Assembly (NCBI GenBank): GCA_000146045.2
Contig: BK006948.2
Span: 1,027,292 to 1,091,291, forward strand
DNA from: TPA_inf: Saccharomyces
Taxonomy: Eukaryota
Reading direction: 5' to 3'
Length of the DNA: 64,000 bases
Below are positions 1-12,548 of this stretch, one piece after another; the first letter of the stretch is position 1; every line of letters starts with the position of its first letter. The position numbers and the translations under genes were made by a program. The notes under the pieces are model-generated. The model ran no database searches, was not told the DNA's origin, and saw only the letters and a list, made by a program, of their open reading frames with translations.

Positions 1-757
1 AAGGATAAGCTTTGAGGCAATTATTAAGGGCGAAGCCCTTCATTCAGCCTTAAAGGATCTAAAAGAAATCGGATGCAAAGAGTGCTATGTATATGCAAAG
101 ACCGAGGCGAATGATGAGAATGTATTTGCCCTGATATCTAAATCTCAGCTAGGATTTTCTAAAATAAAATTACCCAGTAACAGATCCATACTAGAGAAGT
201 TACAAGTATTTGACGGAGATTCCACAACAGTAATAGATGGTTTTGCTGTAATTGGGTTCTTCGATTTCACCTCGTTTGATAAAATCAGAAAGAGTACTAA
301 AATTGCAAGCAAAGTCCTTTTCAGGATGGATGTTCATGGCGTATTGAGTGTAAATATTCTAAGTCAAACAGACGATGTCATTATCACTGATACTACAAGA
401 CCTTCAAATAATCGACCAGGTAGTATTCGCCAACTGCAGCTACCCAAGGATTATCCCGGTATAGTAATTGAGGTTTGCATGCTAGAAAAAGAATCCATAG
501 ATGAGGCAGCACAGACAGAAATAGAACTCCTGATGGAGACTAATGAACTTGGCAATCGTAATAGTTTTAAAAAATCAACTATAAGAAAAAGATATGGTAC
601 AGATAAAGGCAATGAAACTTCAAATGACAACTTGCTGCAATTGAATGGGAAAAAAATTAAACTACCATCTGAAGAAGAAAACAATAAAAACAGGGAAAGT
701 GAGGATGAAGAGAATCACTGCAAGTATCCAACAAAGGATATTCCTATATTTTTTTAA
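1..757 (+). CDS. RAD17: 3' portion of a CDS truncated at the window edge (reading frame 2 is open from base 2 to the stop at 755-757). By synteny this is the DNA-damage checkpoint clamp subunit upstream of RPS12.
   Basis: Frame 2 is open with no stop from the window edge. The tracked 143 aa ORF (326..757) is only the part after an internal Met. Assignment is by position next to YOR369C, not by recognising the protein sequence. Confidence 0.55.
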   Translation, partial: RISFEAIIKGEALHSALKDLKEIGCKECYVYAKTEANDENVFALISKSQLGFSKIKLPSNRSILEKLQVFDGDSTTVIDGFAVIGFFDFTSFDKIRKSTKIASKVLFRMDVHGVLSVNILSQTDDVIITDTTRPSNNRPGSIRQLQLPKDYPGIVIEVCMLEKESIDEAAQTEIELLMETNELGNRNSFKKSTIRKRYGTDKGNETSNDNLLQLNGKKIKLPSEEENNKNRESEDEENHCKYPTKDIPIFF

Positions 758-902
758 GTCAATATCCAGCATCGCAGAAAACGCAGAACTTCATTCAGCA
801 TTTGGTAATTTTATAACATATAACTTACAATTAAATAAAAGTTTAACTATATATTATTATGTGATCTAACTCTAGAAAAAGTACTAATGAACATCACACC
901 GT

Positions 903-1334
903 TTATTGTTGGGAGAAGTGTTCCATGATCATGGACAATTCATCAGTTTCAGCACCCCAGTTCTTGACAACAACAACGGAGGCACCGACAACCTTTCTGG
1001 CGTTACCTTCACGGTCGATCTTACCCAAACCAGCCCATTCACCTAATTGCTTAGCATCAGCAACCTTGATCAATGGAACCTTGTTTTCTGGGTCGTTAGC
1101 CAAACCTTCAACCAACTTGATAATGTTAGCTTCAGTAACAGAGCTGACCAAAACAACCAATAAAGCTTCACCTCTGGTTAAAGCCTTGGTAGATTCTCTC
1201 AAACCTCTAGCTAGACCATCGTGAACCAAAGCGGTTCTCAAAACAACCTTCAAAGCATCTTCGATAGTAACTTCGGCAGTTTGTTCAACAACAGTTTCTT
1301 CTTGAACTTCAACGACTTCTTCAACGTCAGACAT
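903..1334 (-). CDS. RPS12: 40S ribosomal protein S12e (143 aa)
   Basis: The translation [11 protein letters not shown]...[20 protein letters not shown] is the recognisable S12e sequence. The tracked ORF starts 4 codons earlier (MRRK); the conserved start is the Met at 1332-1334. Confidence 0.93.
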
Positions 1335-1616
1335 TTTTCTTCTCAATAATATATAGTCTAGTTTTTGACTTCTTCGACAGTAAGATAATTAAACTGCTCC
1401 GTGAAGAGTTTTGAATTGGGAAAAACAATTGAACAAGGAACACTTATAGACCTGTTGTGATAAGAGATGACATAACTTTTATAATATGTCCTGCGGAGAA
1501 TTCGATGAAATTTTGCAAATTGTAAGTTTGCTTGAAAGTTTGCTTGCGGGTAAGGTATTCTGAAAAAAATAAAATGATTCCACAATGGAAATGTGAAGAT
1601 GTTGTAAACAAATCAA

Positions 1617-1630
1617 ATGTACGGATGCAC
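1617..1630 (-). promoter_or_regulatory. Weak Rap1-like site (ATGTACGGATGCAC, compared with ACACCCRYACAYM on the other strand) ~285 bp upstream of RPS12
   Basis: 2-3 mismatches to consensus. The position is typical for ribosomal-protein promoters. Confidence 0.2.
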
Positions 1631-1891
1631 AATGGTAAACAGTACTGGATTTCTTTTTATATCACCGTTGAGCCGAAACAAACCCCGAAATAACCATTTA
1701 ATATGCCAAGATGTACAAACCTCGTCTTTGCTTATTCAACTGCTACATTCGCAATACCTCAATAACGAGGTGCGTATATACATGAAGCAGAATTTTTTTT
1801 TACATATATATACTATTCATTAACTTGTAAGAAGACATTAATCACCGTTTCCTGAAGGGAAAAAAATACTAAATAGAATATGTCTTGCTCG

Positions 1892-3703
1892 TCATATCTC
1901 CATTTCACCTACAAATTCACCGGAACCTTCCATATTGACATCGTCGTCATCGTCTATGGCATTTTCAAATTGTTCCGCATTAGCAACGCCGCTAGCCTGT
2001 ATTTCATCCTCATCTTCAAAATCTAAATCGAAGAAGTCATCATCACTGCCAACTATCTTTTCGTATAAAACTTTGGCTGCGGTGACTACTTCATCATACG
2101 ATATCTCAGCAGAAGGCATGGTTGTATATATGACGCCATTATCACTCGCACCGGGAATATACTTTTTTTCCAAATCTTGATTTACATCAAAGAAGGAGGA
2201 GTTAACTACACCAAAGGGTGGCGTGGATGTGTATTGGGTATAATAAAGTTTAAATAAGAACTGTAATCTTTCCCTAGGAACATACTCCTTAAAAGATTGG
2301 CCTAACTTAACTGAATTTACTATTGTATGACCATTTCCCGTTAGTTGAACAATTTCTTCGTCGTTCTCTAAACCTGAAGACGATTCCCTTAGCAGGGCCA
2401 TTTCCATAGCTTCTAGAGCGGCATCAATGTCCATTTCAGCACGTGGGCCTTGTTCTGTGGTCGATAAATACCATACAATAGTTCCTTCTGGACAAATTTC
2501 GCTGCCAGCACCGAGAATAAAGGCTTGTACTACTTCCTTATTACCAGATTTCAAAGAGCCAGGAGGGAAGACTACCATGGCGGCCGATTCACCCTCATTG
2601 AACCATTCAGTACAGGGGTTTTCAACTATACAGGTCAAACGATGAACCTGGTACTGTTGTTGAGGGACATGCTTACTGTCTTTAGGTGCTTGCGTAGGCG
2701 ATATTATCACTTTCTCTGAAACTTCAACTTTGGATCCATCTTGGAATGTGGCCACTTTAGTTGTAGGGTTGAAGGATACCAATTTCTCATTGAGTTTGTA
2801 AGTAGCGCCACCTACAGCGGCAGATCTACAAAACCCTTGCGACAATTCTCCTGGCCCACCATACTTGGAGCATAGTGCAGGGAATGGTCCATAAACATCG
2901 AAACTAGTTAGATATCGACGAATCCTTTGTAAAGCTTCTGGTACTTTTACGTTGAGATCATAACATAACCCAATTGAGAAGATTAATTCGAAGACTTGTG
3001 GTTTTTCTAATTTAAACTTTTCCCCTAAAAAATCAGACATGGTCCTCTCCGCGTAGGGTTGCCATATTTCCGTTTGTGCTTCCCAGTTGAGTACGAATTT
3101 GATAAATTTCATTAAGTTCCTCTTTGTCATTAGTGGTAGGTTTTGATCCGTGAATATTTCTTGCTTTGTATTTGTTAGTTTTTCGAAACAATCATTTTCA
3201 TAAGTATGGAAATTAGATAAAGATTGGAATTCTAAATACTGGTGAACTCTTGATTTGATTAAGATGGATAATAAATCAGATTTTGCAAATAGGATCTTCG
3301 GGGAAAGATCAATACCGAAATCTCTTGAAGAATATTTACCACTACCGATTAGCGTGGATACATACAACTTCGCATTTTTATAGCAACTTACTGAGCCTTC
3401 ATTAACTTCATTTACCCATCTTTTGATTTGGTCTACAGTTAGTGTGGCTGAAGTGTCACCGTAATAATCATTCTTATCAATATGAAGGACATTGGAACCT
3501 TGCCAAGCTAATGCAGCAGCCAATACACTCTCTACCATACCAGTCCCTGCGATTAAAACATCAACTTTATCTGGTGTAGTGGCTGGCAAAGGGTCTTCAA
3601 TACCGGCTAAATGCGGGACAACTAGAGGACTTGGATTTTGAGTAAAACTGAAAAATGATGGGCGGCGTTCTGCCATGGATGGTCTACGTTCAGGACTTAA
3701 CAT
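1892..3703 (-). CDS. MRS6: Rab escort protein (GDI/REP family), 603 aa
   Basis: Carries the GDI/REP family FAD/NAD-binding-like N-terminal motif (VDVLIAGTGMVESVLAAALAW) and an acidic C-terminus. Length and position match YOR370C. Confidence 0.88.
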   Translation of the reverse strand: MLSPERRPSMAERRPSFFSFTQNPSPLVVPHLAGIEDPLPATTPDKVDVLIAGTGMVESVLAAALAWQGSNVLHIDKNDYYGDTSATLTVDQIKRWVNEVNEGSVSCYKNAKLYVSTLIGSGKYSSRDFGIDLSPKILFAKSDLLSILIKSRVHQYLEFQSLSNFHTYENDCFEKLTNTKQEIFTDQNLPLMTKRNLMKFIKFVLNWEAQTEIWQPYAERTMSDFLGEKFKLEKPQVFELIFSIGLCYDLNVKVPEALQRIRRYLTSFDVYGPFPALCSKYGGPGELSQGFCRSAAVGGATYKLNEKLVSFNPTTKVATFQDGSKVEVSEKVIISPTQAPKDSKHVPQQQYQVHRLTCIVENPCTEWFNEGESAAMVVFPPGSLKSGNKEVVQAFILGAGSEICPEGTIVWYLSTTEQGPRAEMDIDAALEAMEMALLRESSSGLENDEEIVQLTGNGHTIVNSVKLGQSFKEYVPRERLQFLFKLYYTQYTSTPPFGVVNSSFFDVNQDLEKKYIPGASDNGVIYTTMPSAEISYDEVVTAAKVLYEKIVGSDDDFFDLDFEDEDEIQASGVANAEQFENAIDDDDDVNMEGSGEFVGEMEI

Positions 3704-4090
3704 AACTTTTTTTCGGTCAATATTAGTCTTCCTTTTTTTATTTGTATTATAGAAACTGAAATGTTGCTGTTAAACCCTTAAAAAAACAGTAATAAATTAA
3801 ACTTAAATGTTTATATCCGAAGGCAGTATCCTAGTGTCTTTTAGTTTATTATCGCAATGTGATAGTTTATCTTTCAATAATGATGGAACGGAATAAAAAT
3901 TTTTCTTGTACTGATTGAATTTAGTTGCGAATTAACCGTACGCACAATCAGTGTATATTACTTCTGTAAAATCAAATGTGCAACAACTTTTGAATATATT
4001 TAATGACGGGAAAAGAACACGGGAAACGCTACTATTGTTGTATAGTGCGATATAGAACCTTTTTTTATCTTCTTCACTTGTTCTGTTTTC

Positions 4091-4113
4091 TTTTTTTTTT
4101 TTTTTTTTTTTTT
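4091..4113 (+). promoter_or_regulatory. T23 homopolymer (poly(dA:dT) tract) in the MRS6 promoter / GPB1 3' region
   Basis: 23 consecutive T. Poly(dA:dT) tracts are nucleosome-excluding promoter elements in yeast. Confidence 0.5.
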
Positions 4114-4197
4114 CAAGTTCCACGAAAAAATTTTCTCGTTTTCCTTTAGTCACTCTTGTCACATAAGGATTATCCGAACCCCGCCCCGCGGAATTAA

Positions 4198-6891
4198 TTA
4201 GTTGGCTAGATTCATGCTTGGTAGAATGAATTGTAAGACAGCTCCTCTCAAGTAAAGGCTCGAAATGTCTTCGCGACCGGCTACTACACCTCCTATTAAG
4301 GTCATGGTTCCTTTGACCAGTTCTATAGTACCTGCGACGGCCAATACTTGGTGGGGTGTGCCGACATGAGGATCCATAATGACAGATTCTTTAGTATCTC
4401 CATCATTTCGTATTAGCTTGCAACCTTGAAGGCATTGTGTATTTAAATCCACGACATTTATAACGCCACTTCCGAGTGGAACACCCGATATTACTTCTTC
4501 AGGAAGAGTTTCGTCCCGGTATATTCGGTCAACATCACCTTGTCGTAGACCCCCGATAAGCACAACCTTGTGGCCTACAGTTGTCATTGAGTGTCCTACC
4601 ATACATAAGTTGATAGGTACCAAACCATCAGATTCCTCTTGTGTTTTGGCATAAAGGTCTATTTTAGTCCAGGTTTCGGAATCGAAGTCAAACCACCACA
4701 TATCGCTGCAAACGTCATAGCCATCTGAACCTCCGTGGAACGCAATAGTTCTTCCGATTGATGCACATTTTTTTGATGGATTCAATGGTGGTGTATGTTT
4801 AGGGCTTGTGGGAGGACTGGATGTGGTATTCCTGGTAGACTTTGAAGAAGTGTCTTCACTAGTACTATTATTAGAATTGGAAATATGCATACTATCGCGA
4901 CCACTCTTCTTCTCCTTCCTTGAATGTGGGATATTCGGAAAAAGTGGTTGAGAAGGCTTATTTCCTGGGCGTATTTCCAAATCGATGGAGAAGTCATTTT
5001 TCAAGTTCCTCAGTAATCTCGTTTCTATGGGTTCAACATCCTTGGTAAAATAATCTGGTACACAGCACGCTGAAAAGGCTCTTCTGCTCGGCCATAATTC
5101 TGGATCATCAATAATAGGGATCTTAGTAGCAGTTACAGTATCTGCAAATTTATAATAATTACGTTTCCCACGAGAAACTACAGGGATATTTATCTTCCAC
5201 ATGTCATTCATAGCTTCATACTTGTCGTCACCAGTCTGACTATACCCTCCAAAGATCAGAATGGTATTAACAGATGAGCAAATGTGTGTTGCTGTGCTAC
5301 AATGTTTGGAAGAGAGACTATCTGTAGACCTTGGGTTTGTTACAGGTGGAATTGCATCATCCTCTAAATAGTCCGTACTTCCTGGTGAACCAACCAAATC
5401 ATCTATTTTGTGATCCCCATTACCTTGGCGATATGGGCTTATCGACCTTCTTCCTTTCGCACTTGTTGTGGTATTTTCATTGGATACATTGTTGTTGGAA
5501 TTACTTATTGATGCCTGCATGTGACCAAATCTTGGCGAGAAATTATTGTAAATTGCAAACTGGTACGGAGGAGCGACTAATTCAATCTTTGAGAAATTGA
5601 ACGTCACTGTATCTAGAATGTAACCAGTATTGTTCAAAAAAGCTCTTTTTCTTATAAAATATCTTCCCTTATCATCAACTTGGGTTTCCGACTTGATTTC
5701 AAACCCGCCATACAAAAAGATATGCCTTTCAGTTAATTTACAGCCCTGGGTGCACACCAGTGGGGGCGGAATGTAACCAGAAATATCAGGTCTTGTTAGT
5801 CTGGAAGAAGTCAAGGAAAAACAGTACAAGTGAGGATTAGGAATCATGGATGGGTTATTAATTAGCTCTGGTATTAGTGGTGGCGGTAAATTCTTTATGC
5901 CATCCACGTAAAAATCCTTTAGATCAGGCGCTTCCTCATCATATCTATGACATGCCATCAAACCACCGACAATAAATAATTGGTCGTTCAACTCGACAGA
6001 ACAATGATATGAAAGGGATGGAAGTTTATATTCTGAAAATATTGAAGCGATTACAGAAGAACCCGAAAAAGTGTCATAACTTCTAGGAACACAGTCTGTA
6101 CCATTGATAAAGAGTGGACATGTCTTGTTCTTGAAAATGTCTAAATCTGATTCCGAGAATGTTGGAATCGGCGTTGTTAACCTTACATCTTCCGGTTTCG
6201 AACTTGATACTAATAAAAATCTAAATCTTCTAGTGATCATTGGCATCCATAAATTATGCCTTTTTAAAACATCACTGTCCCTTAGGTCTACCGTCAAAAG
6301 CTTTTTATAATACTTAAAGTACGATATTGTCGAACGTGAGCGAAGAATTTCCAATCTTTCTGACGAATAATGGAAAGCACCATGGCACTTGGCATTACAC
6401 TCGTCGTCAGTATTATCTTCAAAATCGTATATATCATCTTTGCTCTTACGTTCATCATCGAGGTTCTCCATATTCAAGGCAGTGTTTCTATTTCTTACTG
6501 TCATTTTCAGCGTATATGGATCTACCTCATTTACGCAATTACTGACGAAATCGTTCAAAAAACAGTAGGTCTTTGTTCTCTCAGTGAAGCCTGTAGAAGA
6601 ATCAGAAGAACTGATTACACTTCCTTGCCTAAAGCTGGTAAAAGTAAAAGGTTTTCTTGATTCATAATATTTTTTCAGTAAGGCTTCATTTTCTTTTCTA
6701 ATCCTAGAGTCAATATTGTCGCTTAACGCTTGGTCGAAAACAGAAACATAATTTGAAATATACTTTAATGAATCGTATTGCTCCCTGTAGTGAGACCTTT
6801 CCTCTTTACTGAGTTTGATATGAACAGCTGGCTGAATGTGTAAGGGATGAGCTTCTAGACTGTGCGATCCGAATGTGCTTGCTTGAGGCAT
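4198..6891 (-). CDS. GPB1: Kelch-repeat protein acting as a Gbeta mimic in the Gpa2/PKA pathway (897 aa)
   Basis: 897 aa ORF with kelch-like repeats (FIVGG, LIGG and FHGG motifs). Size and position match YOR371C. Confidence 0.82.
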
Positions 6892-7515
6892 TCTTATGTA
6901 GAAGAATTGGTACGGAAAGCCTTAAAGTAGCCGATATAGGGAGGTCGGCTCAATTTTTGAGTTAAAGAAAGTGCTGCTTTTGCAAGATTCTTCTCCTTTC
7001 CTTTAAAAATGCCGATTTCGACTCGATATGTGACTTATGTGATGGGCACCATACCATACTAACAGCCATGTCATAATAATGAAATTATACGCCGGGGAAT
7101 TGCTTTTATGGGATACCCGGAAATTAGAGGGAATATCGTAAAATCTGGCAGTAACATCAATTAATGATACTTATAATAAATTGATTGAAAATAGTTACCT
7201 ATTTACCTAATCATATGTATATAGTTTAAACTCCTTAATATATATGAACATCCTGACGAACAATATGAAACCACAGAATAGTAGTAAAGAAAAGAAAAAA
7301 TGATGATTATGAAATAAAATGTAAAAAATGTCCTCGATTGATGTATGTATTCTTCGTGCCATAAATTTGTGATCGTTCTTTTTTGTTTTTAAGATATTTT
7401 CAAAATGTTGTGTAATAAAAAATGTTGAATGGGATGAAACAAGACTAAGCGAAGGAGAGAAAAATGCTTGAAATTTCGATTAAAAAAAAAAGGTGAGATG
7501 CAAGTTTGGTTAATA

Positions 7516-8845
7516 TTACTGTGAATTGAATAAATTTCCATTAGATTTAGAATTACAGCTTTTCCTTGCTTGTGATTTCGATCCGGAATCAGAAAGTAAA
7601 GACTGTGATCTTTTGAGTTTACTTGCTCTTTTCTTTGTTACGTTTGAATTTGAATTCCCTGCACTCGAACTTGCATTCAATGATGATGATAAAGATGACG
7701 ATGATGTATCCTGGTTAAATTGATCAATATTTGCCACAATAATTTGAAATTTGGAAGGTTTCTTCCCATTTTTTTTGATTCGACCCTTTGAATTATTATT
7801 GCCTGATTTGCTCTTAAAAGAAACTGTGTTTGAACTTGAAATTGGATTGATTCCCGTATCACTTCTAAAAGACCCCATCTTGGGTAGCTCAGGAATTTGT
7901 AAGGCAGATGTACCTGTGGTTGTACTATGCAAAGAATTACAATTTGGTGTTGGTGATAAAGGTAATCTTGTCAACCCCAAATCAAACAATTGGTCATCCA
8001 CATTGGAATCCAGAATGTTATCTGATCTCGAAGCTAACAAGGGAATTCTAGAGTTATCCAATTTGGAGATAGATTTAGTTATTGATGAATTTAATTGGAT
8101 GGTAGTCGGTGAAGAGCCGTATATGTCCTGTTTATTTTCGTTGTCCTTAGTTAGTGTGCTAGTGCTATTGATGGTATCCTGGGGGGTTTTAATAAATAAT
8201 TTTTTATTGTTAGATCTTAGCGGCGTTCTCTGTAAGATGTTGTTGGCATTTTCCAGCCCTATGGATGTTGCATTAGTGGTAATATCCTTTCTTGCCTTCT
8301 GAAAATCCACTAACGCGCTGTTAGACGATATCAATGCTTTTGCATAAGGTGTACCGACGTCATTCAGAATTTTTCTTCCATATGGTGTCAACGACAGGGA
8401 GGAGAACCTTTTTGATGGAGATGTCGGCAGCGGTTGATTGAACATGAGATTCATGTCAATCTTACTCAGAGGAGTGCGTGAAAATGCGCCGGTGCATGAA
8501 GATGAGGGTGTTTTTCCATTACTCTTCAAAAGATTGTTCAAATCGACATTGCTAAAAACATTCTGTTGTTGACCTGGGTTCTCTGTGGTGCTTTGCTGAG
8601 CACCGTTAGAATCTGTTACAAATCGAAGTGGTGTCTTTGCCGGAGTTTTGTGAAAGAAATTGAAATTGGTGGACGGAGAGTCCAACAAAAATTCTTTGAA
8701 TTGCTCTGGGGATGCAACCAAAAATTCGCTGGGTAAAGAGTTGCCGAACTGCAAAACAGAAGAAGGTTGAACGTTGATATCGTCCAAAGTCTCACTTGTA
8801 TCTGTCCTTGTGACAGCAGGAGGTACAAGTGAACCTAGAGCTTGC

Positions 8846-8879
<34 letters not shown>

Positions 8880-9180
8880 GCTGTTGTATCTGCTGATGAT
8901 GCGGTAATATACTGTTCTCTACCAACGACGATTCGTTGCTCGAACTGTTGTGAGCGTCTGTATTGGCAAAATGATCTTGAGTCTGTTGATACTGATTAGA
9001 AGAATAGGGCGTGGGGAATTGAGTCGTTGTAGGTAACGGACTGTTAAAATTATATTTGAATTCTGACATTACCTTCAAAAAATTTGTATCTGCATTATTG
9101 TCCGTAGAGGGCTGTCTTGAGGAAGTTGCAGTTGCCCCAGTTGAGGTATAATTTTGCTGGTAGCTTATATCTCTGTCCAT
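7516..9180 (-). CDS. NDD1: Essential G2/M transcriptional activator with a polyglutamine tract (554 aa)
   Basis: 554 aa counted from the Met at 9178-9180 (the tracked ORF begins 4 codons earlier). Ser/Asn-rich low-complexity sequence and a poly-Gln tract encoded by (CAA)n. Position matches YOR372C. Confidence 0.82.
8842..8886 (-). repeat. (TTG)n / coding-strand (CAA)11 flanked by CAG codons: a polyglutamine-encoding trinucleotide tract of ~15 codons in NDD1
   Basis: Eleven perfect ttg units at 8848..8880 with ctg/ttg flanks. Confidence 0.9.
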
Positions 9181-9542
9181 AGTTGGAATCAATGCTCTAT
9201 TCTGACCAATTTATTCCAATTTGGACACTTTTTCCACCCACAATGCCGATGCCAAATATTCAGAAGATCCTTGCAGCTCCTTAAGGCTCTGTCCTATTTG
9301 TTTTGTTTTGTTCTTGTTTTGTTGTTTTTTTTTTTTGCGTCCCGTTTCTTTTCGCGAGGAGGGTTACGCCAAACGCCAAAAGGCTTATGCGGGTAGTGAC
9401 CTAAACTTGTTTACTGGAATGCTATTAACGATGCACAACAGATAATGAATAAATACAGATGAGTATCTAGGATGCCAGAAGTGTTCAACAATATTCAGGT
9501 GAAAAAATTGCCGACTAGGTTGAATAGTAAAAGCATACCGAA

Positions 9543-10226
9543 ATGGATATGGATACGCAGGAGGCAGAACTATCGAGCCAGCTGGAGAATCTTACAATAA
9601 ATTCACCACGAAAGCTACGCTCGAACGCGCACAGTAACAGTGGTAAAGTGTTTAAGGAATATGAAAGTAACCACGATTTTCAAGATTCAAATTTTACTTC
9701 CCAAGTTGTGGAACCTGCAATATCCGATTCTGTCAAAAAACCTCCTACAATGACAGTTTTGAACAACTATAGCACGGTGCATCAGAAAGTGCCGTCAGGT
9801 TTTTCAGGCACGACTGCTACATCTCATCAAGAAGCTCAATGGAAGCAGTATTTCCCTGGTATTGGTAGCGGCGGTGGTACCAACTTTGGTGGCGCTGTTG
9901 GTACTGCAAACAAAGTTCCTGAATCGGATCTCATTGTGAGCGACTTGGTTAAGGATTTATCTGGAGTTCTTGAAACAAATACATTTAAAAGACATTTAGA
10001 TATGAAGAATAAAACTACTACTATGCAGACCCATGAAAACCATGATACGATTAGTATTTCACATTCTAAAGATTTCTTTAACGCTGAGAAGGTCTCATCG
10101 TCGTTTTCTGATGACAGCGATTCTGGCCCAGCAGCTGAGGCACATGATGTATTTGATGGCATATTACAAAAGCAAAAATCGAATTATTTGGTGGGTTCTT
10201 ATCCAAGTAATAGCAACAACAAAAAC

Positions 10227-10260
<34 letters not shown>

Positions 10261-12098
10261 GTATTAATATTAATAATAAGGATAACGCTAGAACGAAGGA
10301 GGAGGACGAAGAGGACACTTCCAATTCTTTTGAATTTTCATCATCGTCATCCATGTCGTCCTCTCAAACTCAATCAGGCAGAAAATCAAAAGTTCTCAAG
10401 AAACCTCCATTGAACACTATTTCACCCGGTCAATTGGGATATCAGTTTAACCATACACACGGCGCATGGGATCCGCCGCTGAACCAGGGCTTAGATGTGT
10501 CGAGTTCACATTCTCTGGACAATACATCTTCCAACCAGTCCCAGTTCGCCACAATGGTACCAACTGGAGATAATCACACTAACGGTAAGGCACCTTCAAT
10601 TCTAGATAAGAAGGCGTATGAATTAACCAGTACCAAACCAGGTGATGTTGGCTACCGCCAAAAGAAAATACAAGAAGAAGAAAATCTAGCAAATAGCGAT
10701 GACACGCCCCTAGACACACCAAAATTTAATGACCTTTTTACGAAAAATGGCACTAGAGCGAAGGTTAAAGGACAAATGCGTACCTCTCGTTCAATCTCTA
10801 ATTCCAATCTACTAGAAGCTCACAAGAAACTAAAGACCTTCCCCGCTGAACGGGTTGAAGATATTACGTCCATTTCCGAAGTAAACACCTCGTTCAACGA
10901 AACTGAAAAGCAGCTAATATCAATCTTGACTAGTAAACTATCTGGTTCTCCAAGCTATGATTCCGATTGGGAAAAAATCCTGAAAGTTGACCTATCAAGG
11001 GGCAAACTGAAGAATATGTTTGGCATGCAAAGACTACTACCGAATGTATTAGTGCTAAACCTTAGTGACAATGAAATGAACACTCTAGAAGGTATACCCT
11101 CGAACGTTGTACAGCTATTTTGTTCAAACAACAAAATAACGAGCGCACATTGTTCATTAGCCGGATTCCACGATCTGGAATGCCTCGACTTATCGTACAA
11201 CCTCTTGAATACAAGTTTAAAATTTTTGTCACTTTGTCATCACCTGCAAGAGGTGAACCTTTCTTACAACTCCATCCAATCCTTAGAAGGGATAGGATCC
11301 TCCAGGATGAAAAAACTGAACCTTTCTAACAACGAGATTAATGGTATCATCGATTTCGAACAATTGATACTAACAAACAACTCTGTCGTGGGCGGCTGGT
11401 TGACCGTGGAAGTCTTAGATCTAAGCAACAATAACATAATTGGCGTAAGAAACATCAATTGCTTGCCCCGCCTGAAGGTTTTAAACCTCAATGGTAACCC
11501 GCTAGTTTCCATCGTGGAATCTTCTAAGATGGAGAACGGAACGTTGAGAGCGCTTTCCATCAAAAATACAGGAGGCGCGCTATCCAAATTACAAAATTAC
11601 AAGTTGGATGATCAATTCACGTTCCCCTACCAAAATCTAAAGATTCTAAAACTGGACGGCTTCGCTCAACTTAGCAAATGGCAAAAATGGCCTGCCACTT
11701 TGCAAATTCTGGAGATCAACGGCGGCCTGGCCTCCTCTTTGCCGCGATTCTCTTCTCTAAAATCCACCAACTTATATTCTCTAACTATAGCTAATGTTAG
11801 AGACTTCACACACTTACCAGTGGACCTCTCCAAGGAACTACCGTTCTTGCAAGAGCTACATCTGCCAGGCAACAACCTACAAAACGCACACAAGTTAACA
11901 AAAACTCTCCCACGCCAATCAGTAAAATTTCTTGATCTACGAAATAACCCAATCACGACACCACGCCACGATCGCGCCAGCACGAGCTTGCATTACCGGC
12001 AGTTGCTCCAGCTTGCTGGCCTCTGCCAGCAGCAATGTCCCGCCCTGGCGACCCTCTGGTTAGATGACACTCCTGCCCCAACTGCCACGAATCTGTAA
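9543..12098 (+). CDS. NUD1: Spindle pole body outer-plaque / mitotic exit network scaffold with C-terminal leucine-rich repeats (851 aa)
   Basis: The C-terminal half has LRRs (LxLSxNxL units: LNLSDNEMNTLEGI, LDLSYNLLNT, LNLSNNEING, LDLSNNNIIG). 851 aa matches YOR373W. Confidence 0.85.
10227..10259 (+). repeat. (AAT)11 microsatellite encoding a poly-Asn tract in NUD1
   Basis: aataataat... run, directly visible. Confidence 0.9.
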
Positions 12099-12548
12099 CC
12101 CCATAACTATACCCGTACGCAGTACTAAAAATGTATGTAATTAGTAAATGTATGTAACAATTTCACCGTTTTGTGTAACAATTCATTCATTCATTCTTTT
12201 GATCCTTTAGTACCGTCCGCACATGATGTCATTTCCCCCTCATTTTTGTTTGCTGGTATGATTCCCCGCCCGGGCGACGGTACGGCTGTTATCCAGCGAT
12301 GCGGGACTTCCGTCCACAGGTATCTTTTTCTCCAACTCCAACAGAGATGGAAAATGAGGGGCGGGTGTAGGTAAGCAGAATGAGGAGAAATTTGTAATGA
12401 AAATGGAAGTTCGGCGGTTATATAAATGGGGGGGGTTTGTCGGTGACAATTGACTTCACTCTCCTTTCCTCAAAAATTCTTGGGTGTTAGGATTAGAAGT
12501 ATCTGGAAAACCAACCAAGAAAACTACAATAACAAAAATAAATAAAGC

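Noticed and set aside
925-1224. 99-aa ORF on the + strand
   Set aside because: Lies entirely antisense within the highly conserved RPS12 CDS. Typical antisense artefact of a codon-biased gene.
7751-8302. 183-aa + strand ORF
   Set aside because: Antisense inside NDD1; low-complexity Leu-rich translation. No independent support.
10033-10413. 126-aa + ORF with a poly-Ile run
   Set aside because: Alternative frame of NUD1 across the (AAT)n microsatellite.
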